A stretch of DNA of 62,348 nt, the filler included, from Sphacelaria rigidula (lineage: Eukaryota), in the NCBI GenBank assembly GCA_964200075.2. It is 11 parts of 11 records of this genome, joined end to end, with 100 filler letters (N's around TTAATTAATTAA, not from the genome) between each part and the next. Parts side by side here need not be neighbours in the genome. Positions count along the whole stretch, not along the records: positions 45,418 to 50,994 come from CAXNAA020026171.1; positions 51,095 to 56,671 come from CAXNAA020026172.1; positions 56,772 to 62,348 come from CAXNAA020026173.1; 8 more parts are not named here. One strand, given 5' to 3'. The notes under the pieces are model-generated. The model had not been told where the DNA came from, ran no database searches, and saw only the letters and a list, made by a program, of their open reading frames with translations. This document shows, one piece after another, positions 47,606 to 59,896 of this stretch. The translations under genes were made by a program, and so were the position numbers. Numbering within the stretch: the first letter of the stretch is position 1; every line of letters starts with the position of its first letter.

Positions 47606-49130
47606 TTAAAAATGCGACAAAACGCATGAATCCTTTGCATACGAACCTGTTGCCACAGCTCCTTTCCCTTCTTTGCTCTCCGCACCGTCCCCAGCACCGT
47701 TTGCGAGTCCACGGAGCAAACCCGTTCCCGCGACTGCGCGCTTCGCTTCATGACCTGCCTTCACTGTCCTTGTTGCTCCTTTGATCTCGCAACCATCTCT
47801 GTCGCTGTCTTCTGCCATTTTCAATCTCTTAATCAACCCGCTTTCTTTCGGTTTCATTTCTCCTCCATCTGTCTCACCAGCATCCCCGACGCCGCCAGTA
47901 GCTTTCGCCAACTCTCGTCCTCCTTCCTTTGGTATGCTTTCCGCGTTGCTAGGACCCTTGCACCCGGCGGTACTGATGCTTACGCGGCCATCATGTACCA
48001 CTTTTTCTGTTTTGACAGCGTTTTCTGTTCCCAGTGTGACGCTATGCGGTGGGGGGTTGTATGAACCAGGTTTGGTACCCACGTTGTCACTTGTCATAAC
48101 AGTTTCCGACTTGAATCCACCCGTTCCACCCGTTCCACCACCACTACCAGTGTCACGACGACCACCACCATCACCACTGTCACCGCCACCGCTGCTGCTA
48201 CGACCGCCGCCGCCACCGCCGCCACTATCACCGCCATCGCTACGACCGCCGCCGCCACCACCTTCACCACCTCCGGCTCCTCCGCCACCACTATCACCGC
48301 CACGACTGCCATAACGACTGCCACCACCGTCACCACCACTATTTTTAATCTCTGTTTCATCCTCAGATGTGTCATCACCATCCCCCGCGATCAACACCTC
48401 ATCATCGTCACTATCTGTCAGTGTCAAGTCGATTACGGAAGAACCCCGACCCGCCGCTGCTGTCGTCGTTGCACGGAGCGTCGGATTAGACTTGGGTTGA
48501 AGTCCGGAACTGTGGTTCTTGTTACTGGCAGGGGTGGTCGAAGTGGTGATGGTGGCGGTTGTGCTGTCAGCCCGAGTGTGAGTGCCACCATTCGATTCTG
48601 ACCGTGTTGACGCTACTGAGGAGGGAAGTAAACTCTTGCCTTGCGCGACAACAGTCGTCAACGTGGCGGCACGAGCACCAGCACTAGATGCCGTTGCGGC
48701 TTTGCTCGGTTGCTGCGGTGTCCGAGTGACGGCCGACGCATTCATCGCAAGAGGGGCACTGGTTTCACTAGGAGAAACACCAGCCGAAAGGGGAACGTCG
48801 ACGCCGCCTACAGCGGGACTTTGCTTACTCGCGATCGGCATTGTCTCCGCTCCCCCGCCTCCTTCCTCACCATCACCATCACCCCCACCGGCACCGCCGC
48901 GACCTCTCCGTGCTGGACCCTTGCCCTTGCCGACGAAGGTTTTGCAGGATGTGCGACCGCGTCCAGTTGAATGGGAAGAGCGATTGCTGGTGCTTCGCCG
49001 GATTCCATCTTTCGATCCTTCGCCCCCCGAGCCTCCACTGTTGTCGTCAGGAAGCCAGTTATCATCGTCGGTTTCCGTCTGCGATTCCAGATCATCATCG
49101 AACTTTCTCGTCGAAGATAAACCAGGAGGG
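47606..49130 (-). CDS. large low-complexity (G/S/T/D-rich) exon of an unknown protein with a SUMO-interacting-like motif
   Basis: ORF 47606..48841 stays open upstream to ~49200; contains VIDLTLTDSDDDEV (~48395-48436); exon boundaries uncertain. Confidence 0.6.
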
Positions 49131-49292
49131 ACATCAGATTGGATCGAGGTGAGATGGGTGCACGGGCGGGTCGAAACAGGGGAAACGGGAAGAGGGTATG
49201 GAAAGGTTTAATTTGAATATATGTGCACCACCGACGCAAACATGCCATATTTATATTGCCAACCTTGCAACCCGGAGAGTCAAAACACACAA

Positions 49293-49935
49293 TGAACTCA
49301 TCAGTGCAAAATCTGATCGGGTGAGTTATGCAATACAACTCGTCGGTGCATATTTCGATCGGGTGAGTAATACAAAATAACTCATCCGTGCATATTCTGG
49401 TTGGGTGACTAACCAACACAACACATCGGTGCATATTCTGGTCAGGTGAGTTACACAACATAACCCAGGGGTCAGAGAGGGACAGAGACGTACAGCTCCC
49501 TTTTGTCTCCTGAGACTCACACAAATTGATTCTGGATGACACACATGCACACACACGCTCGACGCGTGCACGAAGAGGAAAGAGAGCTGCAGAGAGTTGC
49601 TTTGCATGTGACACACGGCACACACTCACGACCGTCTACCACGGCGTCTGCTACGGGTTTCCTTCATGCGTATCTACTCCAAGGATTCTCACGCTACTGT
49701 ACGTGTACTGGCAGACTTGTAACGCGATAATGTGTTTCCACTTACGCAAGTGACTAGCGTGACCGCTGTGTTCTACATGTTTTAGGTCGGGTAAGTTGTT
49801 CATCATGACTCCTATTCCAAACACTCAGCCGTGGGTTATGCCACATTACTGATAGGTGCATATTCTAGTCGGGTGAGTTATTTAACGCAACGTCGTCGAA
49901 TATTCTGGCCGGGTGAGTTATACAACATAACTGAG
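49293..49935. repeat. 42-bp tandem repeats in two blocks (49293-49465, ~49830-49935)
   Basis: AACTCATCGGTGCATATTCTG(G/A)TCGGGTGAGTTAT(A/G)CAA(C/T)A(T/C) x4 and x~3. Confidence 0.85.
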
Positions 49936-50994
49936 CCAACTCGGGAGTTTATTCGACATGTGCAAGTTTTACCCTATTCGAAACCCAAAAGTAAGATGCT
50001 CGCCTTCTTATGTGCTTTTGTGATGAGCGAATTCAAATATTGCACTTCGAGAGGAAGACGTGCGTAATGTTTGAAATACCTGGGTGAAACTACAGTCGAC
50101 ACAACCTTGGGTGTCAGCTGACGGCAGCGAAGGTGTTTGGGGTGTAGTCCAGCATCACAATAAAACGTCACTGCACGTCAACACACGAAACAAAATGTTC
50201 CTAGGCAACACCCCTTCCTGTGCGTCAATGGCTTATAAAAACGGGAAGTCGGAGCAATGAGAACTCATTGATTGATTGATTGTTGCACTTTCACTCATTA
50301 CTTCTGTACATAACGAACATGCAAATCAGTGACACATCATTTCAAGGAGCCGCCGGTCCGTAGCATCCTGACATTGCAGAGATGAAAGGTCACTGGTCAG
50401 GCAACTACGGCGTGCGTCATCATGACTACCTTCATCTATTCCCCTTCCTGCAACCTAACTTGTCGACACCCACCTCATCACCGTCCACATCAGCCGTGCA
50501 TTCCAATCCATGCCTAGCAATACCCCCAATCGAACCACCGTCAGCACCTCCGCCAGCCCCAACACCACCTGTAGTCGTTGCCCTTGCCCCAGGCCTAGCT
50601 AGGCACGACGGCGCGATGGAAATACATCGCAGAGGGGTAGGGGTCGGTCTTGCCTGCTGCTGTCCCGTTGGGTCGACACACGCGAACGCGACGAGCGACA
50701 TAGAGGGTATACGACTGTCAGTATTTCATCACGTTCTCATATATTTTCTCCATGTATGCATCCGAATCCTTACATGGCACGTGACAAAGTCCCCGTCACG
50801 GATGCACCCACTAATGCTCACCCTTCGAATATCGGGAGTGCATGAGCTGTTGCGGGTGAAAATGAGTCTCCGTAAAAGGATAATGTGACAGACAACCCCC
50901 CCTCCCCCCTCCCATCAAACATGGATGAACGCATATTTGCATGGCCCAATGGACGCTGCGAAAAATATGAAATTGCGATTTCGGGTGGGGGACC

Positions 50995-51094
50995 NNNNNN
51001 NNNNNNNNNNNNNNNNNNNNNNNNNNNNNNNNNNNNNNTTAATTAATTAANNNNNNNNNNNNNNNNNNNNNNNNNNNNNNNNNNNNNNNNNNNN
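50995..51094. other. artificial contig linker
   Basis: 44N-TTAATTAATTAA-44N. Confidence 0.99.
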
Positions 51095-54000
51095 GCACTG
51101 TTTTAGGCTTGAACCTCATCTCGGAGTTAAACCTCAATTCGCACAATCTATTGTTGGGTGTTATAAACCGTCACGAACTCCAGTATTACACGCACGCGTC
51201 GCACAGCATATGCGCACAGCTGCTGCAGCACAGTAAGTAGGGCGTGAAAGGGAAGGGGAAAAGTGCAGGACAGACAGCGCAGGACAATGTGTGTATATAT
51301 ATATATATATATGTGTGTTTTTTACCTGCAGTGCGACGTGAAAAGGACTTGAACAACGTGCAGCATATCGTACGGCCTGCTGTATGCTCCACTGCTATGT
51401 TATCTGTGCGTCCAGCATGCATATGGTGAGTGTGTATGCATAATAGGCGACCGGTTAATTGTTCCTCGCACCCGCCTTCACCCACATATGTCGTCGCCGC
51501 GCGATGTCGCGACCATGAAAGAAAATGCTCAAGTTGCCACCAACAAGAAATACATCATATCCACCCACGGCAGTGTGTATGTGTCTATATCCCTGTGCCC
51601 AACCCGTGCTCGTTGCTGCAGGCGGGTTGTGGTGGTATAGCCGGTCGGTGAAATATACGGAGTAGATATCTTGGGGTGATGGTCTATATACTATTAATAT
51701 ACGATTGATTAAGTGATTTGTTCTAAACATGGTTCGTGTTGGTAGACCAAGGAATACGGAATTGTTGTGAAGTATGTGGATCCATGGGCGAGGTATACCC
51801 CGTTCACCCAGCATCTTACCACGCCTACCAGGTGGTTCGCTTGAATCACAGGTGTGGGCATACACGTATCCAACGTTTGGGATCTCTATTCAGCGAAAGC
51901 TCTCGAGAGTTACTCATCCTTTAGCCCATGTACACATGGACTGGGGGGCAGAATGATGAATACCTTTCAACAACTTTTTCTGCGCGTCGGATCCCGTGCG
52001 CTGGTAACGGTGCAGTATGCGGGATTTGCCCAGCTGACGCTGCTCGCAATCAATCTTTCCCCCCCCAATCTCCGGATGAAATGGAGGGCAAAGTGAAGAT
52101 TTATTTCGAGCTTCGTCTGCTGTTCAAATTCCAAATCTGCCAGTGTGCATGGGATTTGCGCAGCAGCAGAAGCTGTTCGATTTTTTTTTTGCCGAAATAA
52201 ATTGGGCGAGGAAAGGATCTGTTTTGAATGGCTTGTCTTGCTGTCAAAACAAATTCCTTTTCGCCCGACTCAAATCGGGTGAACAGGAATTTACCTCGAA
52301 CAGGAGGACAAGCTATTGAAAATATATAAATTCACAGATTTTGTACCAATATATTTGGAATTTTCAAAAAAAAAAAACGTCAGGGTTTTTTACCAAAATA
52401 CTACGATATGACTGTGCAGGGCTTTGCCGACAAGCTTACACAGGGCTGTAAACCCAACCCTGGGGAAAACCCTATCAAAACGCTACGAGGGGTACAAATT
52501 TGTATTTTCGCTGTCAGGGTTTTTCACAAAGACTGTGGAGGGCCCTTTACTGACCCTGCACAGTGCGCCCCACAAGGTGCTATCTGTCCACGGGTGGAGT
52601 AAGCCGGTAATCAAAATGCCACGTACAAAACGAAATAACCCCAATTAGATGCACCGTCTACTGCATAGGTTACCCTGTGTCTAGGGCGCTTCCAATTTCA
52701 ATTAATTTTGGTGTTTTTGACGTTGCCGTCTCGGATTTCGGCGGTGAAACCGGAGTGGCGTCGGCTGGGCCCTTCTGCTCTAAAGTGAAGGTCTGCCCAT
52801 AACTTATTTTTTAATTTACACGTGGTATCTATCTTCAACGGCTCGGACGAATCATCGCCGATTCGAATCACCAAATCCACAATTTCTTTGGCCTGACTGC
52901 TCGAAAGAGAGAAAAATGTCGACCGCTGGTAAAACAGATCTCCACGCAACTTTTGCGCCATTCCACGTGCCTGGGCTACGCGTACCTGGATTGCAACGCT
53001 GAAAACAAAGCCTAAGGACTGATTCGTACGGTACGAACCAATTACACTAAAATCGAATAATTTCCGGACGAATCACTGATTCGTCAGATCCTTGCTATCT
53101 TCGTACGGTAGGTAGTGGAGGGACTGGTGGACTCGTTTCAGTACCAAAACGCCCCGGTATTTATCATAATGTAAATGCTTCGTCTTGTATCTCGTTCGAA
53201 TCACGTGTTTCATACCGCCTGTACTGCAGTATGGTTGCGTCCTTGCATTTCTTGACAAAAACTACGCTTCCCGCGCCTCGTACACAGTTCATGATAACCA
53301 GAGCATGTTGGTGGCGTTTATATAATGCATATCCATTTTTGAACTGGTAAGGTATACTATTTGGTACAACACGCAGCGTGCGGGGTTTTTATCGAAAAAC
53401 AACTGATTCAGCACACCTCCGAGTGCAACAACGATGGACTCGCTGGCATCTCTTCTGCGTGTTTTCGAATAAAGCGTGATGAAACATGAGGAGCACTACC
53501 GTGACAGGCGGCGACAAGGGAGTACAGCGCTCTAGTGCACAAGCGTGCTGGCACGATATCGACAGCACGGAAAACGCTAGCGTGCGTGCTGCTTGAAAAT
53601 AACGCCCTCCGCGCGTGTAATTTAGCCCAATGCGTTTTATATCATTCAATGCAGAGGTTACCCTATGGGTGTGGAGCCGGCACTACTGTGTACCAATCGC
53701 AGCGTGACGCGTTCGGCGGTGCTACCTGCTGACTGCACAGCGGTAGGGTGCAGGGTGACAAAGCACACCGCAGGACGTCACATCCTTAGCCTATCCCTAT
53801 CCTGCATTGATTTCGCGTTATCCTCTGCATTTCGCCACAACATCATGAATGCGCCCGCTTGTATCTGCGGCAAACGTGTACGCAGGATATCACGCCACGC
53901 GCTACAGTATATCGCTACGCCACATTTTGTAAAGCTGTCCGTGTTGCAGCTACAGCATGCGTTTGCCCCAGGTGGCGCACGCAGGAGTGAAAGGCGCGAA

Positions 54001-54880
54001 GCTGTATGGTAACACAGCCGCGGCTCGTGCGCCCACATATGCCGAAAGGTGGAGATCGGCGTCCATAATAATAGATGGGATGACAACACACAGAACACAT
54101 TGTGTGCATTACACTTTCAAGAACGTGTTCGTCCTGACCGTAGAAATCGTTTGTCCACGGTTGGGTACATTTCCATACATAATGCAGTGTCTGGTGCATA
54201 TCAACTTATAATGGAACGGAGCGTCTTGTACGTTTTCACCTGTACATGTGTGTAATAATGTTACTCGGTGATATCGAGAAAAAATCCGCAACATCTGTGC
54301 AAACTGTAGGTGAGGCGCAATCGCCGAAATATTCACCTCAAACTCTGCTCCAGTGCGCTTTGATTTTGATTGATTGTCGCACTTTACCTGACCCCGAGGG
54401 GTCCAGCCGTGGTTTCATGGTAGACGTACCCACGAAAAACGAAACTGAAACACGCTCTGAGAAAAAGAAGGAACAGAAAAAAAGAGGAAATAAAAAAGTC
54501 AACACAAGCAAAGCACAGAAAGAAATGACCGACCGAGAACACAAAAAAAGGAAAAGAAGAGGGAAGTACAGAGAAAATAATAAAAATAAAAAGGAAAAGT
54601 CCCAAGGGATTCAGGGCAGCAGAGTAGATACAGACACACACCACTGTAAGTTGACATCGCTAAAAGGACACTGCCATAACCACCTTGCCGGCTGCCAGAC
54701 TGTCACAGACTCTCAGGATGTAGGATCCGCTAGCATTGCTACTGTCTGTACGGGGGTGTTGCCCCCTTGTCAGGTACGTTTTGGAGCATGATACTAGATG
54801 ATCATCATCCTTCTTTGTACATGGGCACCAAACGCTGGGGTTCTCACTCAAGACTTCGATTTGGAGGACTATACTAGGTA

Positions 54881-55683
54881 CAGTAAGTAGTGGGCGGTAT
54901 AACTATTCATTTTCTGGTATTTTGTGATTTTGTCGTAATTGGCAATTTTCTTGGGATATTTTCGCTTGTCACCGCTCATCACATTGGGGGTCTAAAGATA
55001 TTTGTATGAGTCATCCTACGATAAGGGGGGTGTATTTTGGGCCACTTCTTGCACGAAATTCCAAGTCAAATCGTCCTTGAATGGAGCAACGGTTGCTCGA
55101 ACGAGCTTGTTATAGATATATAACGCTTGTTCATACCGATTGACGCCGGTTTGAACCAATACAAGCGCACCGCGAGTGTGGCAGGTCGTCTGACACACTT
55201 TTGAGTCTCTTTTTTCGTGCAATCAAATACCCCCCCCCCCTATCGTAGGACTCGTATCCGCTCCACATTTCATGAAAAAAAAATCATATATACTCAACAT
55301 TGAGTGACTAACGGGCTCACCGGTCAATGGGGGTCCTGTCACGTTTCAGCCCAGATTCTTACTCTTCCGTGTTTCCGGTCGTTTGACCTATCCCGATAAT
55401 ATTTGTGAAGAAATGTACAGTTTTATTTCTCCGAAATTCTACCTACTCATTGCACTAGACCTGAAAAACTATGTTTCACGGTCAATAGTACCCTCCTGAT
55501 GAACGAGGTATTTACTCGTATCACCCGATAACGCCAACCAACACTGACTTAGGCACTTTGTTTCGAGGATGATCTATTTATTTTACCAAAATCTACCGAA
55601 GCTAGCGATTTCAAGTTCTATCGAAGAGTAGTACGGAAGGAAACCCCCAAAACACCGCTGAATAGTTAGATCGCCCACTACTG
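54881..55683 (+). mobile_element. pogo/Tc1-type non-autonomous element (same family as 26737-27284)
   Basis: TA|CAGTA...GTGGGCGGTATAACTATTCA ... TGAATAGTTAGATCGCCCACTACTG|TA. Confidence 0.85.
55007..55254. mobile_element. nested 248-bp MITE with TA target-site duplication
   Basis: GAGTC..CTACGATA.GGGGGG..TATTT / AAATACCCCCC..TATCGTAGGACTC; the empty site (GGTATCCGCTCC) is visible in the 26737 copy. Confidence 0.85.
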
Positions 55684-56671
55684 TAGGCAGCGGCAACTGC
55701 TGTGTGTCCAGGCGCCCCTTGGAGCAGGATGCGTTTGGTGTCTCTTTGACGAAGTTATTCCCAAAAAATCGAAATCGATAGGGGTTGAAGAGTGGAAAAA
55801 TCTAGCAAAACAACTATCGCAAGAACCGGATCACAAGAATCAGGTCGCAAAAATCCTGACGCAAAAACGGAATCGCAAAAAAATAGTTAGTCGAATTTTT
55901 ACCCCCAGCAGAAGCCGATTTTACTTCGTAAAATTGGAATAGAGTGCTCTCCAAAGAGATCCTCTACACAGCCTGCGCACTGAAGACTGAACAACGTATG
56001 GAAGAAATAACTTGTGGCCTCCATAACGCAGTCTCCAGTATCACTTGAACAACCCTTCTGGGACCCTTTCCTCCCACAATCGTGTGTCAGTGACAGCTAG
56101 GTGTCCATTTGTCTTGTTTTCAAGGCAAAATGTGATGAAGCCCGGAGGCGTTGCAAGATGTACGCTGTGCGAGTCTGCTCGTAGACCCTGAGTTCCGTGA
56201 CGCGTTGTTATTGCGTTTGCTATTGTCATTAGTTGGGATTGTTCCGGCCTCGCCACAGGGCGTTGACCCATCTCAATCAGTTACCGACTTGCCTTGGTCT
56301 CTACCCTGGGCCATCACTATGCTCTGCTCCTATGACTGCGCCCCGGCTATACTGAGTAAGAGAGGCTTGTAGATATAACATGACGCTATGAAACACGTGA
56401 GTTCCTAATCGGCAGTATAGATGAACAAACTTGCATGTATTGTGCTTTGATAAATAGCTAGGTCTGTGTGATGTTGCCCACGTGGGAGCTTGGTGGGCTG
56501 GCACCATGGTATCTCCTGGCACTCATACTGGTGTGATATGATGTGACTGCAGGACGTAGCCATGATCTTGGGCAAAAGTGACATTGAATGATGGGACATT
56601 TTCATGCTCAAATGGTGGAGAACTCGCTGCCCCTTGAGGTTGACGTTCTACGGAGAGCATGTATTTGAATT

Positions 56672-56771
56672 NNNNNNNNNNNNNNNNNNNNNNNNNNNNN
56701 NNNNNNNNNNNNNNNTTAATTAATTAANNNNNNNNNNNNNNNNNNNNNNNNNNNNNNNNNNNNNNNNNNNN
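56672..56771. other. artificial contig linker
   Basis: 44N-TTAATTAATTAA-44N. Confidence 0.99.
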
Positions 56772-57076
56772 CTATTCCAATGTGCTGGGAATAACCCGAA
56801 TAAATCTGCAAACGGGGATGCTCTGGCCCATATTCTTGTGCGTCTAGAATCGTTAAGAGCCCCTGAATCAGACAAAATTTCGCGAAAAAGGTGCACCCCT
56901 ACCGTAGCATTGCTCAAAGCTCTTCTTCATCCAATAGGTGCTTGGAGGCCGATCGGTGTGTCTAGTGAAGACAGGTGGGTAGAACAGCTGGGGAAAGCTA
57001 TTCTGTCAGTACGTCCGCCTACCCCGCTTACAACCTTGTCATAATACAAAATCACCGTGACGCGCCGTACCTGTAG
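56772..57076 (+). pseudogene. 3' end of orphan gene X homolog
   Basis: Ends AYNLVIIQNHRDAPYL*; homologous to 34367-34650 (-). Confidence 0.5.
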
Positions 57077-57111
57077 CTAATCAAGGCTGTGGTAGCAGCA
57101 GGTACACGCGG

Positions 57112-57920
57112 CTAATCGGGTACAATCCATTTCCAACATCAACGCTTCAACAATAAAACAACCCAAATCCTGCATTATACAGCATGTATTCGACTAGAAT
57201 CTTTCTATACCCGCCGGTCGTTTCTGGGGACCCATCTGCGGATCCCAAAGAACGAGTTTAATTCAGGCACGCAGTCGTTTATCATCACATTAGCCCATCC
57301 TGGATCGTTCAAGTGCAGTTCCTTTTCAAAAAGGGACGAACTTGCATCGAACCACACCTCTCCCACACCACAGAAAACTGAGACTCCATTTGAAATTCGA
57401 GTCTTCATTGGTACGGGGTACGGGAAGGGGCGATCAACACAGAAATCATAACATACAAACAATAGCACAAAGCAAAGAAAAAAAATCGCACCGATACAAT
57501 AGTTCTTGTTCTCATGTTCCGTGAGTTCTTCAGACGGGGTCATGGGAAATAAAAAATAAAAAAATAAAAAAACCCAAAATCAACAATCAATCACCATCAA
57601 ATGTAGTGTCTCCAGAATGTCGTAAGCAATTCCGTGATAGACACAGGAAATCAGAGACGAATCATTGAAACGATTATCCTACCCTGCCATAACTATATCA
57701 TAAATAAATAGTTCGCTCTTTTCCGAATGTCCAATTTGTTTTAGGTCATTGGTAGAAAAACAAGCAAGCCCGCCAAGGCATTATATCACTTCGATAACCA
57801 AGTTTATGCTAATCACTCGTCCCAGTCAATCAGCAAAAGCAAACAACTTATAGCCCAGTTCGTCGCGGAGATGGTAGTTTCCCGCGAAAACCATACGTTG
57901 ATAATATATATACAATATAT
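57112..57920 (-). pseudogene. decayed orphan gene Y convergent with gene X (homolog 34064-34331 +)
   Basis: INDCVPE...RWVPRNDRRV*KDSSR...KWIVPD* versus VND*VPE...PRNDQRVWKDSSR...RWIVPD* on contig 7; T-rich short intron-like gaps upstream. Confidence 0.45.
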
Positions 57921-58669
57921 AGAATGATACGGACAAATCAACCCGTTTGACGTGAGTTAATTGTCGGTACATGTTTGTGAGAACAATGACTTGCTTGGGA
58001 CGTCTGGTTGATGATCCAGTTGTACAGCATTTTTTTTTTCTCACACGACGATACGAAAACAACTGACCGGTTGGTGAGGTCAGGTGTCCGTACACGTCAA
58101 AAGAAACGTGGTGGACAATACACAACCTTTGGGCCTACTACGTAGTTCCGAGGCGGATCACGTAACACATTTCTGAACCACGACAAATACACACGACAGA
58201 GAGGACCAACGCAGCCCACTCCTTACAGTATTTGCCCGTTCGGACGAAAACGAGACTGGCCCGAGCACAAACTGGAGTGAAACCCACAGCCGGTCGTACC
58301 GTCACGTCACTTCGTCCAATAATCCCTGATCAAAACAAAACACCACCGACCAATTTCAGGGGCGGGTAATTGTACGCAAAAACTGGTAAAAGTGACAGAA
58401 AAAAAAAAGCGAGTGGCGGACTCTGAGCCTGTAGGCTGTACCAACTGTCAAATATCGACATAGCGGAACGAACAGTTTCGAAAGAGCGATCTACCTTATC
58501 ATGATACGTGATGGCCCTGTACGAGAAGACGTTTGCAACCGATATACCGCGACTTCAACAACATTTCTTCAACACCGCTATGTACGACGCGGCCAGTGGT
58601 GGCTTCGTTGTAACTCATCAATCACTAAAGTATAAATCATCGCGTCGCATTACCCGTGACCCTCCTATA

Positions 58670-59890
58670 AACGAGGTCGGTCACATGCGGCAGGACTCGC
58701 AAAAAAAAGTAGGCCAAGTGTTCTAGACTCGAGGGTCAGGAACGTTGGAACACTCGTGGCGAAATTACCGACATAGACACAGAAACCAAAACCAAAATAA
58801 ATACAAAACCGGGGGCACGCTGGGCAACAGCGAAAACAAAAATCCGCAACATAAGGCAGAAAAACAACACGTGGCAACCGTCCTTGTGAACGGGAGCGGT
58901 TATCGTGTGTGTACTAAGCAAGCAGGGTCAAAAGTTCCAGCTAAGAAGGTCAAAACATGTCAGGCAAACCCATGTTAATACAAAACTCAACGTAGGCGCA
59001 CACAAAAAGGGAACACGTCACGACCGATCCCGAAAAGGGAGGGGGTATGTGTGTACGGGGCGGTTGGGCAAGAGCGCAATTATACCAGACGGGGAGGTCA
59101 GGTATATGCAGCGCTTGCTCCTAAAACTCTCAACCGAAAAGACAAAAATTAAAAAAAAAATACCGACAACATATGACACAAAAAGGCACGCCATGACCGG
59201 TCCCGAAGAGGGAGGCGGCATCGCGTGCGGAGCGACTCAACAAGAGCGCAAGTATTCCAGACGTGGGCGTCAGATATGGCTAGCGCTTGCTCCGGAAACT
59301 CTTCCATCAAAACAAACAAATCAAAAATGAAGACCATGTAATACAAAGCAAGACAATATGTGCGTACAACGAAAAAAATGAACATAAGTAACTCGTGGCA
59401 ACTGTTCCGGTGGACGGAATGGTTGTGAATGTACGGCGCGGAAGACGGAGGTTCAAGGTTCCAGACTCGGGGTCAGGAGTGGAACGGTCGTCACTTGTCC
59501 TTCGCCAGATGAACCCAGAAGTACCCAAGAAAAGTACCCATTGAACACAAAAAATCGAACACAAAGCACGAGGCGAAAAGAAAAGAAGACAAAAGCAAAA
59601 AAAAACAAAGACGACAACAAGTCAAAACAATTGGCGCAAAGGCAGAGAAAATCGAGGCAAAAAATCAGGGTCCAAAGGAACAAAAAACAAAACACAACAC
59701 AAAAAAAAATACAAAAATAAAAAACGAAAGACCATATACCAATTACAAAACACAACAGCAACCACTACAAGCACGAGGGGAAGGGGGGGGGGGATACATG
59801 GTTTTCCAACAACGCTACACTGCAAGACAAGCGACTCGAACGCGGTACACTACGACTGTACGCAAGGTGAATGGGGAAGCAGACTCGGAT
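58670..59890 (-). repeat. gypsy 3' UTR with diverged ~175-bp direct repeats
   Basis: 59004-59150 and 59180-59320 share CAAGAGCGCAA.TAT.CCAGACG.G.G.GTCAG.TAT...AGCGCTTGCTCC; T-rich (minus strand) spacers; possible PPT/LTR start AGGAGGGTCACG near 58660. Confidence 0.6.
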
Positions 59891-59896
59891 GCGGCA

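Noticed and set aside
47750..49211. Plus-strand Pro-rich ORFs (also 19557-20149 +, 26044-26724 -, 24779-25135 -)
   Set aside because: Antisense shadows of GC-rich low-complexity exons
49293..49465. CRISPR-like array
   Set aside because: Whole 42-bp units repeat with no unique spacers; eukaryotic context and no cas genes
57090..57120. GTAGCAGCAGGTACACGCGGCTAAT resembling the SSU rRNA 515-533 motif
   Set aside because: Only a partial match and no flanking rRNA similarity
57040..57290. Stop-codon reassignment (TAG/TAA conserved in frame in both copies)
   Set aside because: Better explained as the natural stop of gene X followed by spacer and the antisense of convergent gene Y
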